DNA from: Catajapyx aquilonaris
Taxonomy: Eukaryota
Direction: 5' to 3'
DNA: 64,000 bases
Assembly: GCA_000934665.2 (NCBI GenBank)
Contig: KZ538034.1
Coordinates: forward strand, 62,001-126,000
Both the position numbers and the translations under genes were made by a program. The notes below the pieces were generated by a model, which was not told the DNA's origin, did no database searches, and saw only the letters and a program-made list of their open reading frames with translations. This document shows, one piece after another, positions 14,239 through 28,600 of this stretch (the stretch's first letter is position 1; every line of letters starts with the position of its first letter).

Positions 14239-17200
14239 AATATACCGTACACTATTGCACGTTGTACTGTAACATGCTGTGGCTTCTTCTGGACAAAGGC
14301 ATGCAGAAAAAAATCATGTAAGTCGTATCGAACCTATAGTTGCACGTTGCATTCTGAAAGAATACCAACTGTATGAACAGAAAAAGGTAACAAACCAAAA
14401 TATGTTCTGCGCCTGAAGAGAGTCCGCATATTATTATGTACGCACAGCACCTGGGGATACGGTATATGATAACATAATCAGTCAGGAGTAGGATGTACTA
14501 TAATATACTGCTATTGCCTTATTTAGTTCCATCTACCCATAAACACTCAATTAAGGTGTCTTTACATGTGCTTTCACGGCGTATATTTCATAAAAAGCTG
14601 TCAGTGTAGCTATAGTGTTATCATATAAGACATAATATGCTCTTGTCTGGAAATGAATGCATAAGTAACTAGAAGAAATTGCTCGAATAAGACGTGACTT
14701 ACAGTGAGAGAGGTTATTTTTCATGTTGTCTCGTTCTAGATCTAAAGCAGGTTACCATACTCGGAATTGTTTGGTGATGTCACGAACCTGCTAGGATGCT
14801 TCCTAGGCCTGTCAACAAACTCATTCCAAGCACAGCTATAATACCAACTTAATTAAGACTAGTTACACTTCTCACACAGCAATATAAGCGCATAAGTATC
14901 ATTAGCTCATTGTGTTTCTGTTTACTGTGGCCTGATTTTTATTCGTATTATAAAAACTTATTTGAATAGCTGCAATACATTATTAATGCACAGCATAAAT
15001 AACACGCTAGAGATACAAAATTATTGCAACAATTTGCCGCAATTCCGCACATCAGGTCATTTATTTATTTGATATTAAAATAAATATGTGATAATATAAT
15101 AGAGCAACGTGGTATTAACGCTTGCGTGACCATTAACGACAAATGCATTGACTCTTCTTGGCAGCGTTTCTTTTCATTCGCTTGTTACGGAAACAGTCAG
15201 TTGGCCTACATAAGCATGAAATTGCCATTCGTGGGAGGTCTCCAATATGACTTCCAGTGCCGGCTACCTCGAGTCCAAGGCTTTTTTTTTTTTGTAATGC
15301 TCTCTTCTGGGGCAATTTAAAACGAATTCCAGAATGGCCCCTCCAGAAATTGGAAGCAGCCGAAACGCTGATGCCATTCAGGAAAAAGGGGCTGCCTAAA
15401 TGGGGAAAAATGTAGTTCCTTTTGTTTACGCAAAGTCTCAACCACCCCCACATTTTGCATTATACAACGACAATAATTGGTACACTACCAGAAAGAGTTC
15501 GGTGTGCTTTCAAAGGGAATGTCCAGCATTTGCGTGACCCGCAGGAAACCACAATCTCGATCGCGGAATAGAACCAGGCTCTTAAGGAATTTCAGTATAT
15601 CAGTAGATGAATCATACTTTTTGAAATGAGTCATTTTGCAAGACACTTTTACGCGTAATTCGCAAACAGTCCGCAAACTCTACACCTCTAGAGTGAAATT
15701 ATTTCTGTTGCAATAATTGACAGGCATACAGCAAGTATTAGTATTTTGTACACAAGCGAGTGTTACTCACCATAAGCGTGTAGTCCATACAGCAGTGAGA
15801 AACTTCACTGACTTTTTTCTAAATAAATGCGCACACACGCACCGATCACTTCCGGGTGTCCCCGGCAGACACTTCTGGCATTGACTCCGTTACGACCAAT
15901 GTCATGTCACGTCAAAGTCCCTCCGTCCCGACATTGTTATAAGATATGCCAGCACACGTATGTATCGAAGCCACCCTGCTTCCCGGTGTGCGGCCTTCTC
16001 TGTCTCTGGCCGCCTTCTTACTCACTCACTCACTCACACTCCTCTTAGGACCCCCAAAAGCCCTCATACTCCTCCTGATCATTTTGGGTGCGCAGGCGTC
16101 GGACCCCCAAAACTTGCCGATGAAACTCAACCCCCAGCTTGCACTCGACCACCAAACCTCACTCAGGAGAGATTCGTGTGCTGCTTCCAACTGGTATATC
16201 GAAAACCATGATGGGCAGTTTTAAGTGACCTCCCAAAAAAAAAAAAGGGTCTAATGTATGTAAAGAGCGTGACGAAGAAAAACCCACTCAGGTTCAATCA
16301 AAATATATGTTCCAATGTTTCACGGTAATTTTTCCGAATGAGGAGGGCTCCACCTGACACCACTTGTATCACGACCATTCATACGTGATAGGACTAGACA
16401 ATATTGTATGGCCGAGTTCTTTAGGAATTCTATGCAGGGCTATGTGGCTCGCGACCAAGAGAAGATGAAAAAAATTATTGGGAAGTAAAGTGTTCGCTAT
16501 CTTTGGGAAGCACGTTTTTTTTTTTCTTCCCAAAGTTTACAAATTATTTGTTATCATAGTAGGTCATTTTCAAAACCAGGTTGTCAAAAGTGTGTCAATT
16601 TTACAGGCACTTCAAAGCTAAAATCATATAGGTCCAATATTTGGAACATTTTCACCTCAGGTTCACATCCAATTGGGCGAGGTCACCTGGGCTGTGAAAT
16701 GACTCAGTTATTTCTGTTTTTTGAAGTGTTCGACAGGAAAAATAATGACCTACTCTAATATTAATATATTCATCTAATGTCGAAAAATATTCAATGCTAC
16801 CTGGCTTATTTGTTCTCAAAAGCTAAGTGCATGTAAGGGATGATGACCACAAGCAAGGATTATTTTCTTAAAACTGATGATTTTGACAAGCACCTTTTGG
16901 CATCACCTGAATATGCTTCAGAAATTCATTAAGTCCAAAGAAAGGGACAGGTAGTTATTTCGGACTAGAAATATTCTTGGGGGTGAAACCATTGTGATGA
17001 AATATTATGGAAGGAAAGGGAGGAGGGCATAAAGTAAAGGTTGGAAAAAGAGTTTTTGGGGAGGGAGCTTGTGTTGGGCATTATCCGAGGCACCCCCGAG
17101 CTTTAATAACCGGCAGTGGAGTGATGGATGCTGGGCTGCAAAAGGAGTCGCCGACAATTTGCACGGCCGTCGTAAAGTTTGCTGCTTACTGCAGAGCACC

Positions 17201-20200
17201 CCTTCCAAAAGCAAGGTGCCCAATTTTGTCCCCCAACTCGTCTGACGTAATGAGAGAATGGGGCCGTTTCCCAGGAGCCAGCTGAATATCCAATAAGGCT
17301 CTTCATAATGCCAAATTACTCCGACTAAACTGCCATGTTTGCCCGCGCTGTATGTTACTGTACTATTTCTTTTTTCCGCAAAAATGCTCCGGGTTTATAA
17401 ATTTTGACTTCAGAATATTCTGGGAAAGGAAGGCAGCTGTTGGGTCAAAGGTTGTCCTGAATTCAATTCGGCCTCTTCGGAATAAATTTTCTAGCTAATG
17501 GAGGGCATGGAGGGGTGAAAAGTGCTTTTTTTTTGTAGGTTTGGTGGAGAAAAAGCATTAATGTAGTCTGTTGAATAAATTTATTGCATTTTTATCTTTT
17601 TTAAACCCTGCGAGGAACAGGTTTTCTGGCGGGTCACCTTAGCCTTTTCGCGTGAGTCTCACTGGTGTGTGTGTGTGGTCCTATATGTATGCAGAAAACC
17701 TGAAGATCTGGCGTACCGTGTCAAAATTGGAGACGTGAATGAGACCATGAATTTTATCACGTGAACAATTGAGCAATTTAGGATAATAATGGTTCACGTT
17801 ATTTATATGCTAATATTCAGTCTTTTGTATAAATATCTTTTTACCAATATTTTCTTGGAAAAATCTAGGGCAAAATTAAAATAGGTTATGCGCTTTTTTT
17901 TTGGGGGGGGGGGGGGGTGCGGATGAGCAAATACAACGTTACTCGGGAGAGCCTTCTGTACTGCCGCGGATTTTCTGGTGAGAATTTATGGCAAAGGGGA
18001 TGCTTTTATGTGGTGCCAGTGAAAAGCTCTTGGAATGGAGATTTTGGCTTTTACTTCATGCAGAGGAACAGCGAAAGGGAGGAGAGTCGTCTGTATTTGA
18101 CAGCCTTCCACTCCTGTCCAGTGTGGGGACCTGCGAAGAAAATGGATGACAAACATTAGTACTAGGTATATACAGCCAACAAAATAATCACACAATTGCG
18201 TCAAATCATACACTTAAAGTGTGCAAATTTTGCACTTTTGATGTGAAGACATTGCTGTAGTTTGTGAAGCTGGACCACCAGTAGATGTCATTTTTTGGGG
18301 GTGTGATATGACATTTTTTTCCCCCTGGGTTCGACGGAAAAACTTGGGAACGCGGAGATCTCAGTTTGATGGTGCGATGTCATTATCGACAAAGTGGATT
18401 CCGTCGTGCAAAAGTTCTGAGGAATTCAGTTTGCCAACTAGGAAAAAAAAAAAGTTGTCTAGGTGGCGAGAAGTGAAAAGCCAGACTCCCCATCACTTAC
18501 TCCGCGATAATAAGATCCTCGTTCCAAAATAGAGGTGATGATATGGTAATTTCTAAATCAAGTTCTACATTCTTTGCATACATAGTCGGACAAATCCTAT
18601 TAAATTCGGGTTTTATATAACATAAACCTCTCCGGAAGCTGTTGGTGGTACTATTAAATTGGAGTTTCTTGAATTCAGAAGTATCACTGTGTAATTTGGG
18701 TTGCATCATGCAAGGATGAAAAGGTAGACCTTTAAAGTAACGCCATGCTTACGTCAAAGATTAATTGCAATTAATTTTGGTAGTACTTGAGTGAATAGTG
18801 TATGCACTTAATGATGCATGTCATGTTTCACGACGAACACGGGACAAAAGAGAGGGCGCGTCCTGTTGAGTCTCAGCAGGACACGTCCCCTCACTCTCCG
18901 GGTGAGCTGTCACGTTGGACCAGATTTTTCTGCCCATTTTTCAACTTTCCTGCACCATTGCAGCTGGAAAGGACCGAGAGAAAAATCTCACAACTTTTTT
19001 TAAATATCCAGGACAAACTGTAAGCTAAAGTTGTAACCTGTACCAGATTGTTGGACTAAACAAATTCATAACGTCATACAGTGCACCACCGTATGCTTCT
19101 GAGCCAGAAAATAATAATAATAATGCTCTTTATCAGCATAACTTTCCATCCTGTACATGGGGCCGTTTGGCTATAATGCGGGCGTCTGTGCAGATAAACC
19201 ACCCGGATTTCCTAAAGTGCAAATGGATAAGAAAATGTTGAAACTATACCAAATCTAACACAGAATAGTTTGGAAAGCATCTGTTGGCGACTTGGATTCG
19301 CGAGTTTGATATCTGTTGGAATGATCCGGAAAAAAAGAGGTAATTTCCGGAAGGAACAGATAGTGGCCAAAGTAGTATACAAGTCAGTCTTTGTGATTAG
19401 AATCTGAGGCTAGTGATAGCTACAAAGCTTGGCATTCAACTTGTCATGGCCACTCCCTGAGCTGATACGGGTCACATTCACCCTACTTAGAAACGTGATG
19501 TAATAATCTCTGCGACGTGTCACTTGCTTTGTTGGAAACAAATGGCAAAAAAACATGATTCATATTCAGGAAAACTGGCTCGTTGTGTCAGGAAGATAAT
19601 TTTAATGACATTACGTGCTTTCATTAAGATTTCTGCTGTGTTTCTTCGTATGATGCGAAAGCCGATTGTTTCAACAACTAACAATAATAACCGTTTCATT
19701 TTATTACAATACTACATGTTTTAAAAAAATAAGCTTACTATAGAAAAAACCCTCGCCTCGTTCGCATATTTCTAGGTCTGCAGTGAACACCTTATTTTCC
19801 AGTGTTGAAATTCGAGGCCAATCCTGCCTAACCACTCTTCCCGCCAGGGGTGCGGAAGTGCAAGTGGACCTCGTGGGTGATTGGAGCATGGGGCACGGGA
19901 GAGAGGATGTTGACTCGACGTCTTCCAGCCAGCGACTGAGGAGTTCTTCTCCCCATTGCGCATGAGCAGAATTGGGCCAACAGGAAACGTCGCGGTAACA
20001 ATGTACGGCCTCGGTCGTACAACGAAGGATTTTAATATTATAGCTGCAGTATTACCGTACAAAATCTGATGATCCTGATAGAATCAACACCGACTCCCCT
20101 CATAAGCAGACAAATTAGACAAGCCCCCAACCGCAGCTTTCAATCCGACGTAATAACGACTTAATAAACGTAGGTTAAGGCAGGTCACGCTCTATGTCCC

Positions 20201-20625
20201 AGATGTGTCCCTCTATTGAAAGGGGCACCCCTCTGTCTCCTTCTATATAAAAAAATGTCTTCCAGAAGGAGAGAAGAAGCATGTGGTTTGTGCAAGACGG
20301 AAATCGATTGCACCGCCTTCTTGAGATGCAGACAAAGGGTGCTGCTGCCTCACCCTCTCTCCATCCACCCCCTGCATCCCTGTCTCAATCTTCCCAGGGC
20401 GTTTCTGCTCACCCTCACTCAGCGTCTTTATTGAAATCAAAGAATGCCGGCGGGCGACATGTTGACGTTTGTGCGGAGGGTAAAGGGGGGACCTGCTGGC
20501 TTGCTTGTCATCTGAAGACACGTACCAAGGGCCGCATTAGCATTGCCCACCTATATACAGCCTCGAATCTTGGGTAGAAGCATGGATCTGAATGCCTTCC
20601 TGCTGTTGTGTGTGTGCGGGGGGGG

Positions 20626-20749
20626 NNNNNNNNNNNNNNNNNNNNNNNNNNNNNNNNNNNNNNNNNNNNNNNNNNNNNNNNNNNNNNNNNNNNNNNNNNN
20701 NNNNNNNNNNNNNNNNNNNNNNNNNNNNNNNNNNNNNNNNNNNNNNNNN
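20626..20749. other. Assembly gap (N run) flanked by poly-G
   Basis: 124 N bases with G homopolymers on both sides. Confidence 0.99.
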
Positions 20750-23700
20750 CGGGGGGGGGGGGGGGATCCATTTCCCTTTGTCATTTCGGCCTGGCTCAAT
20801 ATTGCAACATGAGATCATGTATCACAGGCCATTTGCTCAGCACTGTGAAGTACCTATCGCATACCATGTAAGACATGCACTGTTCAATCTGGAGATATGT
20901 GAATTATTTGATTATTAATACTAAAATGGCGGCTGATCCGGAATGTCGAGGCTGATCCACCCCAGCCTGCAGCTATTATTGGCTGATTTGAATCATGTGA
21001 CCAACAAGTTGCACCAGTCCAAATAATTGACCGACGCCATGAATGACTGGGTTGAACCATTAAATGCGGGAGAGGTAATCTCAATGGAAGTTGCAGCACA
21101 CAGATAACGTTTTGTGGGGAAAGAGCTTTTGTGTCCGTTTCTTGCCCAGGCAAGCAGGACGTCTTGCGCATATGACCAGGGCTTAATGAAGACCTGGGCC
21201 CTTTGTAATATGATTTATGCAGAGATCTGGCGTCTTTTGTTAAAAGGGCGCTGCGGGCTCTGTGTCTAACCAAATTATTGCTGTGTTGGTGGCGGGGGCC
21301 CCCCTACTTACTACAGGCTGCTTGCTCGCCCACAGAGGTTCTCCTGCTGGTGAATCATTCCTTAGCAGGCCAGAAATTGGATATAGCGCCGGCAGAAGAG
21401 CATGTGGGAGCTCGTTTGCTTGTTTCGCGCTATCAAAATTTATTGCCATGGAGCCTGCAGGCACAAACTTAGACGCGGATGAAACTGCTGGGTGTGCAGT
21501 GTGTGTGTCGGACACTGTATACTGTTTCGTGTAATAATTATTATTCAGCCAAACTTCCAAGGCGAACTTGTAGGCACCAGAGGATCATATGGATGTCATT
21601 TGGTCTCAGCACTCTCGTTACTGACATAATTAGCATCAATCAACTAGTGACACAGCTTACAAGAATAAACTCTGAAACACCCTCGTTAAAAGTTAAAACG
21701 TATATCTGCCATAATTTTTGGGCCGACATGGTACCTCGAAATGAGCCTGTTGGTTGTGTTTGGAAACTAAGTGGGCCTTAACCAAATTTATGGCGAAGAT
21801 GACTGCGCTGAATGTTAGGTGTAACAAAAATTAATTCGCGCCATTTTTCGAGAAAAGGTCGCAAGTTGAAGACATCGCTAAATCTTGATTATGGCAACAA
21901 GACGTGTTTATCCTCCAGGCTCAGGAGGAGACCAGAGGCAGCAGCAGAAGCCTACCTTGTGTCTGCATCAATCATCATTTGGACCTGACAGCACCAAAGG
22001 CCTCAGAATGAGCTCCCGAAGGCAACATTCTCCCTATTGGGAAGAGAAGTATATATACTATATAATAGTCGCCTGCGACTACTTCCAGTCCTTAGATTAC
22101 ACCCAGCAGAACGCACCAGAAAGATCAACGAGCCTCCATTTCTGATTTACACTTACCTGTCACAATATTAAAGTCATTGAGTCCACTTGATTCCACGCCC
22201 TCATTTCTGCCAAGCTACATTATTATCTGCCTGTGGAGAGTCTATCGGGCTCTAGTCCTTTTGACTGCAGTCATTCACATCCAAGCAGGGGCCGGGGGGC
22301 GTCCATAAATTATATAACTTAACTCTACTGCTTTGGGCGGTCTCCTGAAACTCTGAACGTTATATATCTTTTAAAACTTACGCAAGTTGAAGTTAACGTC
22401 AAGGATCCCCCCGCTGCTTCTTATAGGGTGCAATATACCGTATGCGTTTCTAATATTAGGCCCACTTGGGATGTCAATATATTGGCCTATTTTTGAAGTC
22501 GATCATATTAGATTCAGATACCTGTTGTGCAGTTTGGTGTTGAAAAATAATTTAGCGAAAGTTTTAGTTTCGTTCCAAAAACCATTTTATCATTATTTTA
22601 ATAAGCATTTTAAGGCAAGGTAATAATAATTACTTCTTATAGTGACTATTAGCAGTTGAAGTGAACGTCGCTGATTATAATAATTTTGGAAGAACTCAAG
22701 TTGTATGAACTACGTTAATACGTGTAATATATTAACCGTCCATCACAGCAAAAAGTTATGCACAGCCAATCACATCAACATGGACCGTTATCAAAAATTG
22801 CTATATTATCTTATTTTGCTATCCGATCGTAAGGCCTTTTTATGTGTTTAAAAAAAACATGTTAAAGAATGCGGAATTGGCTCTTTTTCGAGCCTCAATT
22901 AACCAAAAGCGAACAGTTTGATTGACTTGATTGTTGGATGTATGACTGATAAGGATCCGATTTTGCTCTTTCATCACGCGCACGCCGGAGATCGATGGAC
23001 AACTTACATGCGAAGGCAACATGGGCATAGTTACTCTTTTTTTTGGGGGGGGGGGGGGNGGGGGGTAATTGAGGTTCCCTGAAGCATTAATTACGGGGGC
23101 CGGCTTAATGTTATTTTCCAGCTTACATCGTTAGGCGCTCATTCCATTTTGGCACCTGTAAATCAGCGAAAAATTGATTGAATTGGCACGGTTTGGAATC
23201 CCTGGCGCTGGAACCGTTTAGGAAACCGTGTGTAAATTAGTGTACACATCAGCTGCAGGAGACGTGGATTCCCACGGTGAGACTATTCACCTCCATATCC
23301 GTGCGAATGCTATCCAAACAAGGTGATGAAAATTATAATGATGTCGTTTCCATCAGTTAAATAGGGATCCCCCCGTCTACTTTCAATTAGCACAGACTCT
23401 AAAGTAAATTCATTAGCCGAAAATAAACAATAATACCGCCTCCAAAAACCCCAACCGCCTCTCCCTTGGCTTAAACCAACAGCTAGGTCCCTATGGGCCT
23501 ATTGCACACTGTAGCAATACCAGCATATACCGGCACCCTTGAAATGGTTCACTTATCCGCTTATTTTGCTGCATTGTACACGACGTCCAATAATAATTAG
23601 TGCGCTTGAAACAATCGCAGAATTTTATTGGCATACATGATTCGTATTACCGTACTTCTGAACGATTTTGGTCCTTTCAGGCACAAAAAAATACTCCGTA

Positions 23701-23821
23701 AAAAACCAAACATGATTCTGAATGAGGAATAGGCCGGAATAGGCCCGAAATTGCTTCACAAAGCTCAAAAACTATCCCACAAAAGGCCAAATTAGGCATT
23801 AAAAGTAGCAAAAAGCCAGAA

Positions 23822-23936
23822 TAGGCAATTTTTGGCGCCATTAAACTAATATTACTATATTTCTACTATTTGTAACTACGAACGTATTTCTATTAGTTTT
23901 GTAGAGAGTAGGTTTTATGGTGCCTAAAATTGCCTA
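23822..23936. repeat. Inverted repeat (about 23-bp arms), probable transposon remnant
   Basis: taggcaatttttggcgccattaaa (23822-23845) pairs with tttatggtgcctaaaattgccta (23914-23936); more aggc/aatagg subrepeats lie at 23727-23800. Confidence 0.55.
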
Positions 23937-23988
23937 ATGGTGCCTTAAAAATAAGTCAACTCGAGTTTTTAATTTTAACGCTTCTTTT

Positions 23989-23989
<1 letters not shown>

Positions 23990-24046
<57 letters not shown>
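23990..24046. repeat. (AG)n microsatellite
   Basis: About 28 perfect AG units. Confidence 0.98.
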
Positions 24047-24049
<3 letters not shown>

Positions 24050-25628
24050 TACGCAATCATTGACCACATCCTGCACTTACGAAACAGATAGATCTCGTCA
24101 CAAAAGTAGCCCAACTGTTCAGGAACTAAATAAGCATTTGCGTAAAAATCTGGACTCTAATGATATGATATATCAGGAAAAGTTTTGTTTGTTTGTTTGT
24201 TTACTTTACCTCATTGAACCCTGGGAATAAGTTTATGTATTTACCACATTCATATGATTCGCGATTACGTTCTATCCATCTGCATATTCAACACATAGAT
24301 TCAACATTCCGTTGTTGTAAATCTTTAAAAAAAATCACCTTTAAATATTTAATCAGCTTTGAATTTATCGGCGCGCGGCCTAATGTGCATTCGATTCGTC
24401 CAACCCCCCGCCAGATGGCACCACTTCTCCGGCCCAATCCCACCCTCTAGCGGCCACTCTTGGAACTTGGATCCATCAAGTGCAGATGCCCTTGGCTCGT
24501 TCTGCACAAGTTTCTTCTGGAACCTTCTGGTGAGCTCTATTCATTTGCTTACGTGCGTCGGAGAGCCTGTGACACTCGCCCCCCCCGTCCAACGAGACGC
24601 AGGTTTCCTTCCACAGCTGGTTAGAAGCACGCAGACTCTGGAGGAGGACCGGTCGTTGACGGACGCAGTGGAACACACAGGATCACCACACTTTTCAACT
24701 TCACGCGCCGAAGAGGTAACGGAACACTCGTTTATACCACACATTGTACCCACAATTAAAAGGGCATAAAAATACATGTCATTGCATTACATGTCATTAC
24801 ATGCATGACAGCAAGCCCACGTACACTGTAAGCCGCAAAGGGTATCACTGGTGAATCTCCCAATTTATAATGCTCTTTTGCGATGCGCTTTAGCAGCAAA
24901 AAAAGCATTAAAAATTGATTCTCCATAAGAGACTCGTTAAACATTTTACAGCTTACAGTGTACTTATAATTAGTAAGTCATACACTAGTTGCTATCCGCA
25001 TCAGTTTGATCATCCTTTTCCGGCGTCCGCCTCGTTCAGCCGTATTTTGCTCCAACGTCTAGGAATTTTGGATGACCTGCTGATGTGAAAAAGTGTGCCA
25101 CAAGTGGGAGGGTTGGAGTGAACAGAGAAGTAAAAAGAGGAAGAGTAGCCAAAATTTTTTTTTGGGAGGTTGGAGGGGTAGGGACGGCTGTGAGGGGAGG
25201 GGGTCTAATTTTAGGCTTTTGCCTGGATTGGGAACAGTGGTTTTGTGGGGGAGGGAATGGAAGGGGGCAGAGGGAGTGTCTTATATGACTGAAGGAGTGC
25301 TTGCCATTGAGTAATTTGAAATTTTACATGGTGGAGAACGCTTCTAGTGCCGCGAGGACTCTGGGGCGGTGCGGAGGTAAGGAGCGGTCCTGCCCGAGTT
25401 TGTGTCTCATCCGTAAATTAGCAGCAGGATTGTATCTTTGTGCCAAAAAGGAGAGACACTTCGTTTTAAAAGCACTGGTGTCCGCGGTGTTACTGTTTTC
25501 CTTATTCCTTATTACTGCATTGTTACACTAATCACCTCATCTGTCAGGTTTCATTGCATGAATGTGATGAAAATGAACTGGTACTAATCTCGGCTAAATG
25601 TCGCTTTTACAGGAGAAGGAAGGACGCA

Positions 25629-28600
25629 ATGGGAAAGGACTACTACAAAACTCTGGGCATTAGCCGGTCAGCCACAGATGACGAGATAAAGAAGGCGTAC
25701 CGCAAACTTGCCCTGAAATACCACCCGGACAAGAACAAAACTCCGGAAGCAGAGGAGAAGTTCAAAGAAGTTGCTGAAGCCTACGAGGTGCTCAGTGACA
25801 AAAAGAAGCGAGATGTGTACGATCAGCTTGGAGAAGAGGGGCTGAAGGGAGGCGTAGGAGGCGGCGGTGGAGGCGGAGGCGGACAACACTTCCAGTACAC
25901 CTTCCACGGGGACCCCAGAGCCACCTTTGCACAGTTCTTTGGGACTGCTAACCCGTTCGAGAACTTCTTCAACATGGGTGGCATGGGTGGTGGGCCAGGA
26001 ACGACGCGGATGTTTTTTGGCGATGACGATATGGACATGGACCAAGATCCCTTTGTGAGCATGGGACTAGGACCAGGTGGACCAGGACGTGGAGGTGGCC
26101 CCTTCCGATCTCAGTCCTTCAATGTTCATGGATCCGGACCTGGAATGGGTGGGAGCAAAGATCGTTCGCAGGATCCCCCTGTGGAGCACGACCTGTATGT
26201 GATGCTTGAAGACGTGGCTAAGGGATGTACAAAGAAAATGAAGATATCACGTTACGTAGTGCAGCCAAATGGGACTAGGCGCAAGGAGGATAAGGTCCTC
26301 ACAATTAATGTAAAACCTGGATGGAAGGCAGGGACCAAGATTACCTTCCAAAGGGAGGGAGACCAAGGAGTGGCAAAGATACCAGCAGACATTGTTTTTA
26401 TCATCCGAGACAAGCCTCACCCGCTTTTCAAGAGGGAGGGTAGTGATGTCAGATACACCGCTAAAGTTCCTCTTCGTGAGGTGAGTACTCGACTTTTCAT
26501 GTCCTAGTAAAGTAGGTTTTTTTTATTCTACCTTGACGTCACCTGCCCATAAACACTACTTTGTAAGTTAAAATTTCCCGGTGAATTGGTTGAAAGTAGT
26601 TAGGAGTGATAGAGTTGACGTCTCAAAGAATGTCCTTCGGAAGGGCACATTGCCAAAATGAGGTGCAGCAGTTAATTCTCACAGAGAGCAAATTACGTGA
26701 AGCTTGCAGGGCAGAGGATGAGTCACTAGGCCTAAAAGCTTCCTCAACTGCATTACTGGAATTATTTTTGTCAAGTTCAAGGGGTTGGCATCCAGTGGGA
26801 GGAGAATGTGCAATTTATGGAGCATTCTTAAAGGAAAGTGTATGCACCTTGCTTGAGGGCTTGCCTATTTACGATATAATGACAGTTCAAGGAAATTTAG
26901 GTGTAGGCAAGTAACCCTTTACTCTTGAGCTTTGCACTTGTGGAATGAATATTATTAATACTAACCTACAAAAGTGAAGTGTTGGGATACCATATCTTGT
27001 ACACACATTTTCGTGATAATTTGATGAGGACTTTTGATAAATGGCTTATTATACTGCAATGTCTAGAACAGTCTAGAAAGTTTCCAGGAGGCAAAATCTG
27101 ATAAGAGAATTATGCACATTTCCATTGCCCTCAGGCGAGTTTGGGCATATTTCAGTGATGCAATAAAGATCTAGAGTTCTGTAAGTCATAGTGCAAGTTA
27201 ACGATAGGAATATTAACTACTAAATTGAAAGATATTGTAAGGTCAAAGTGTCAAGTCCGATGATATGGGCAAATGAATCTTCTGACTCCTGAAATGGGAT
27301 TACATTGGCACAAGTTATTTGTTACTGTCCAGTCCGATTGATGAGCTGCCTCTGCAAGCTGTCACCTAACAAATATGAGCATTGATACTCCTTCGATTTA
27401 TTCATCTGCAAGTTAACTTTCCATGCATGTGTGACCTTGCTCACTTTCGTACTCTATCACAGTTTGCACGGGATTGCAAATGCAGCTGTCATATGCATGC
27501 CCAATATAATCAGTAACAACCACTTGTACTGCACTGACACATAATATAATTTGTTGACCTACTCCAAGATAAAAATATTCTGCAGTTAAGATTTGGTGAC
27601 GGTTGATTGTGAATGGCATGAAATGTTGATTAGACAATGCTCCTGGCTATAGCAATAAGTTTTCTCAAACCGAAATGTATTTTTCTGCAGGACTCTGAAT
27701 CCAAAATTAGCCAATGTTAGGCGATGCTGATAATTTCATGAAGCAAAATTTTGATTGAGATTTCAGATCATTCCAAATAATAATTAGACACGATCTCTGA
27801 GAGGATACATTGACTTCTGACTGATGATGGCATATCTTGTAAAAAAGCTGAACTGTTTGACCTATTGCTCAGTAGGCGGTAAGAAAACGACACATTAGTT
27901 CAATAGATGTGACGTATAAGGGTATGCCCGCCAGAATTTCCCCTGTGACGTCATCAGATTTTTAAAATAGATTCGTACAGTTGACCTTTGACCTTCCACC
28001 TGTGTAAACCTGTTGCCACACATGTTTGCAATATTAATGGCCTCACTCATACAGGGCGGCTTGTTATAAACATGACGATAAGCAGCCAGCCTGTGAGTGA
28101 AGTAAGCGTCGATGATTTGGTGCCCGTGAAATAAAGTGTTAGTCAACTCGTATGTTGTACTGGAAGGTTGCGCGATAGTGGGGCAGAGAGAGTGTCTGGG
28201 CCCATTTGGAGTGTCCTTGCAAGTTGTAAGCTATGCGAGCCAATGTAAGTAGGAGGCAGTCAACATCCCACACTCCCAAAAGGACCTCTACCTCTCGGTT
28301 TGCCGGGTCAATGTCGCCGGGAGATGTGGGCACTCTGGAGGTCATGCTGATCTCATTTATCGGCAATTTTCCACGAACTTGTATAATATTGCATGGGGAG
28401 CTATTGAACTCTCATATATATTGATTGTTGCACTTTCGAGCCGACATGTGTGACTCTGTATAGCGAAATCCGATATTTGGCGACCTAATGAGGCATAAAG
28501 GAACTTGGTCCATCTAGCATTGCGATATTAAACCGTTTTCACGTTCTTGTAGGCTATACCATAGAAATGTGACGCGCGTATATTTTTGGCCTTGCGCCTT

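Noticed and set aside
14176..14250. Functional tRNA gene
   Set aside because: A/B-box-like motifs are present, but I could not build an acceptor stem or cloverleaf.
20508..20918. ORFs containing X runs
   Set aside because: Artefacts of the N gap.
25333..25347. GAACGCTTCTAG as a DnaJ promoter heat-shock element
   Set aside because: GAA and TTC are spaced by 3 nt rather than the canonical 2.
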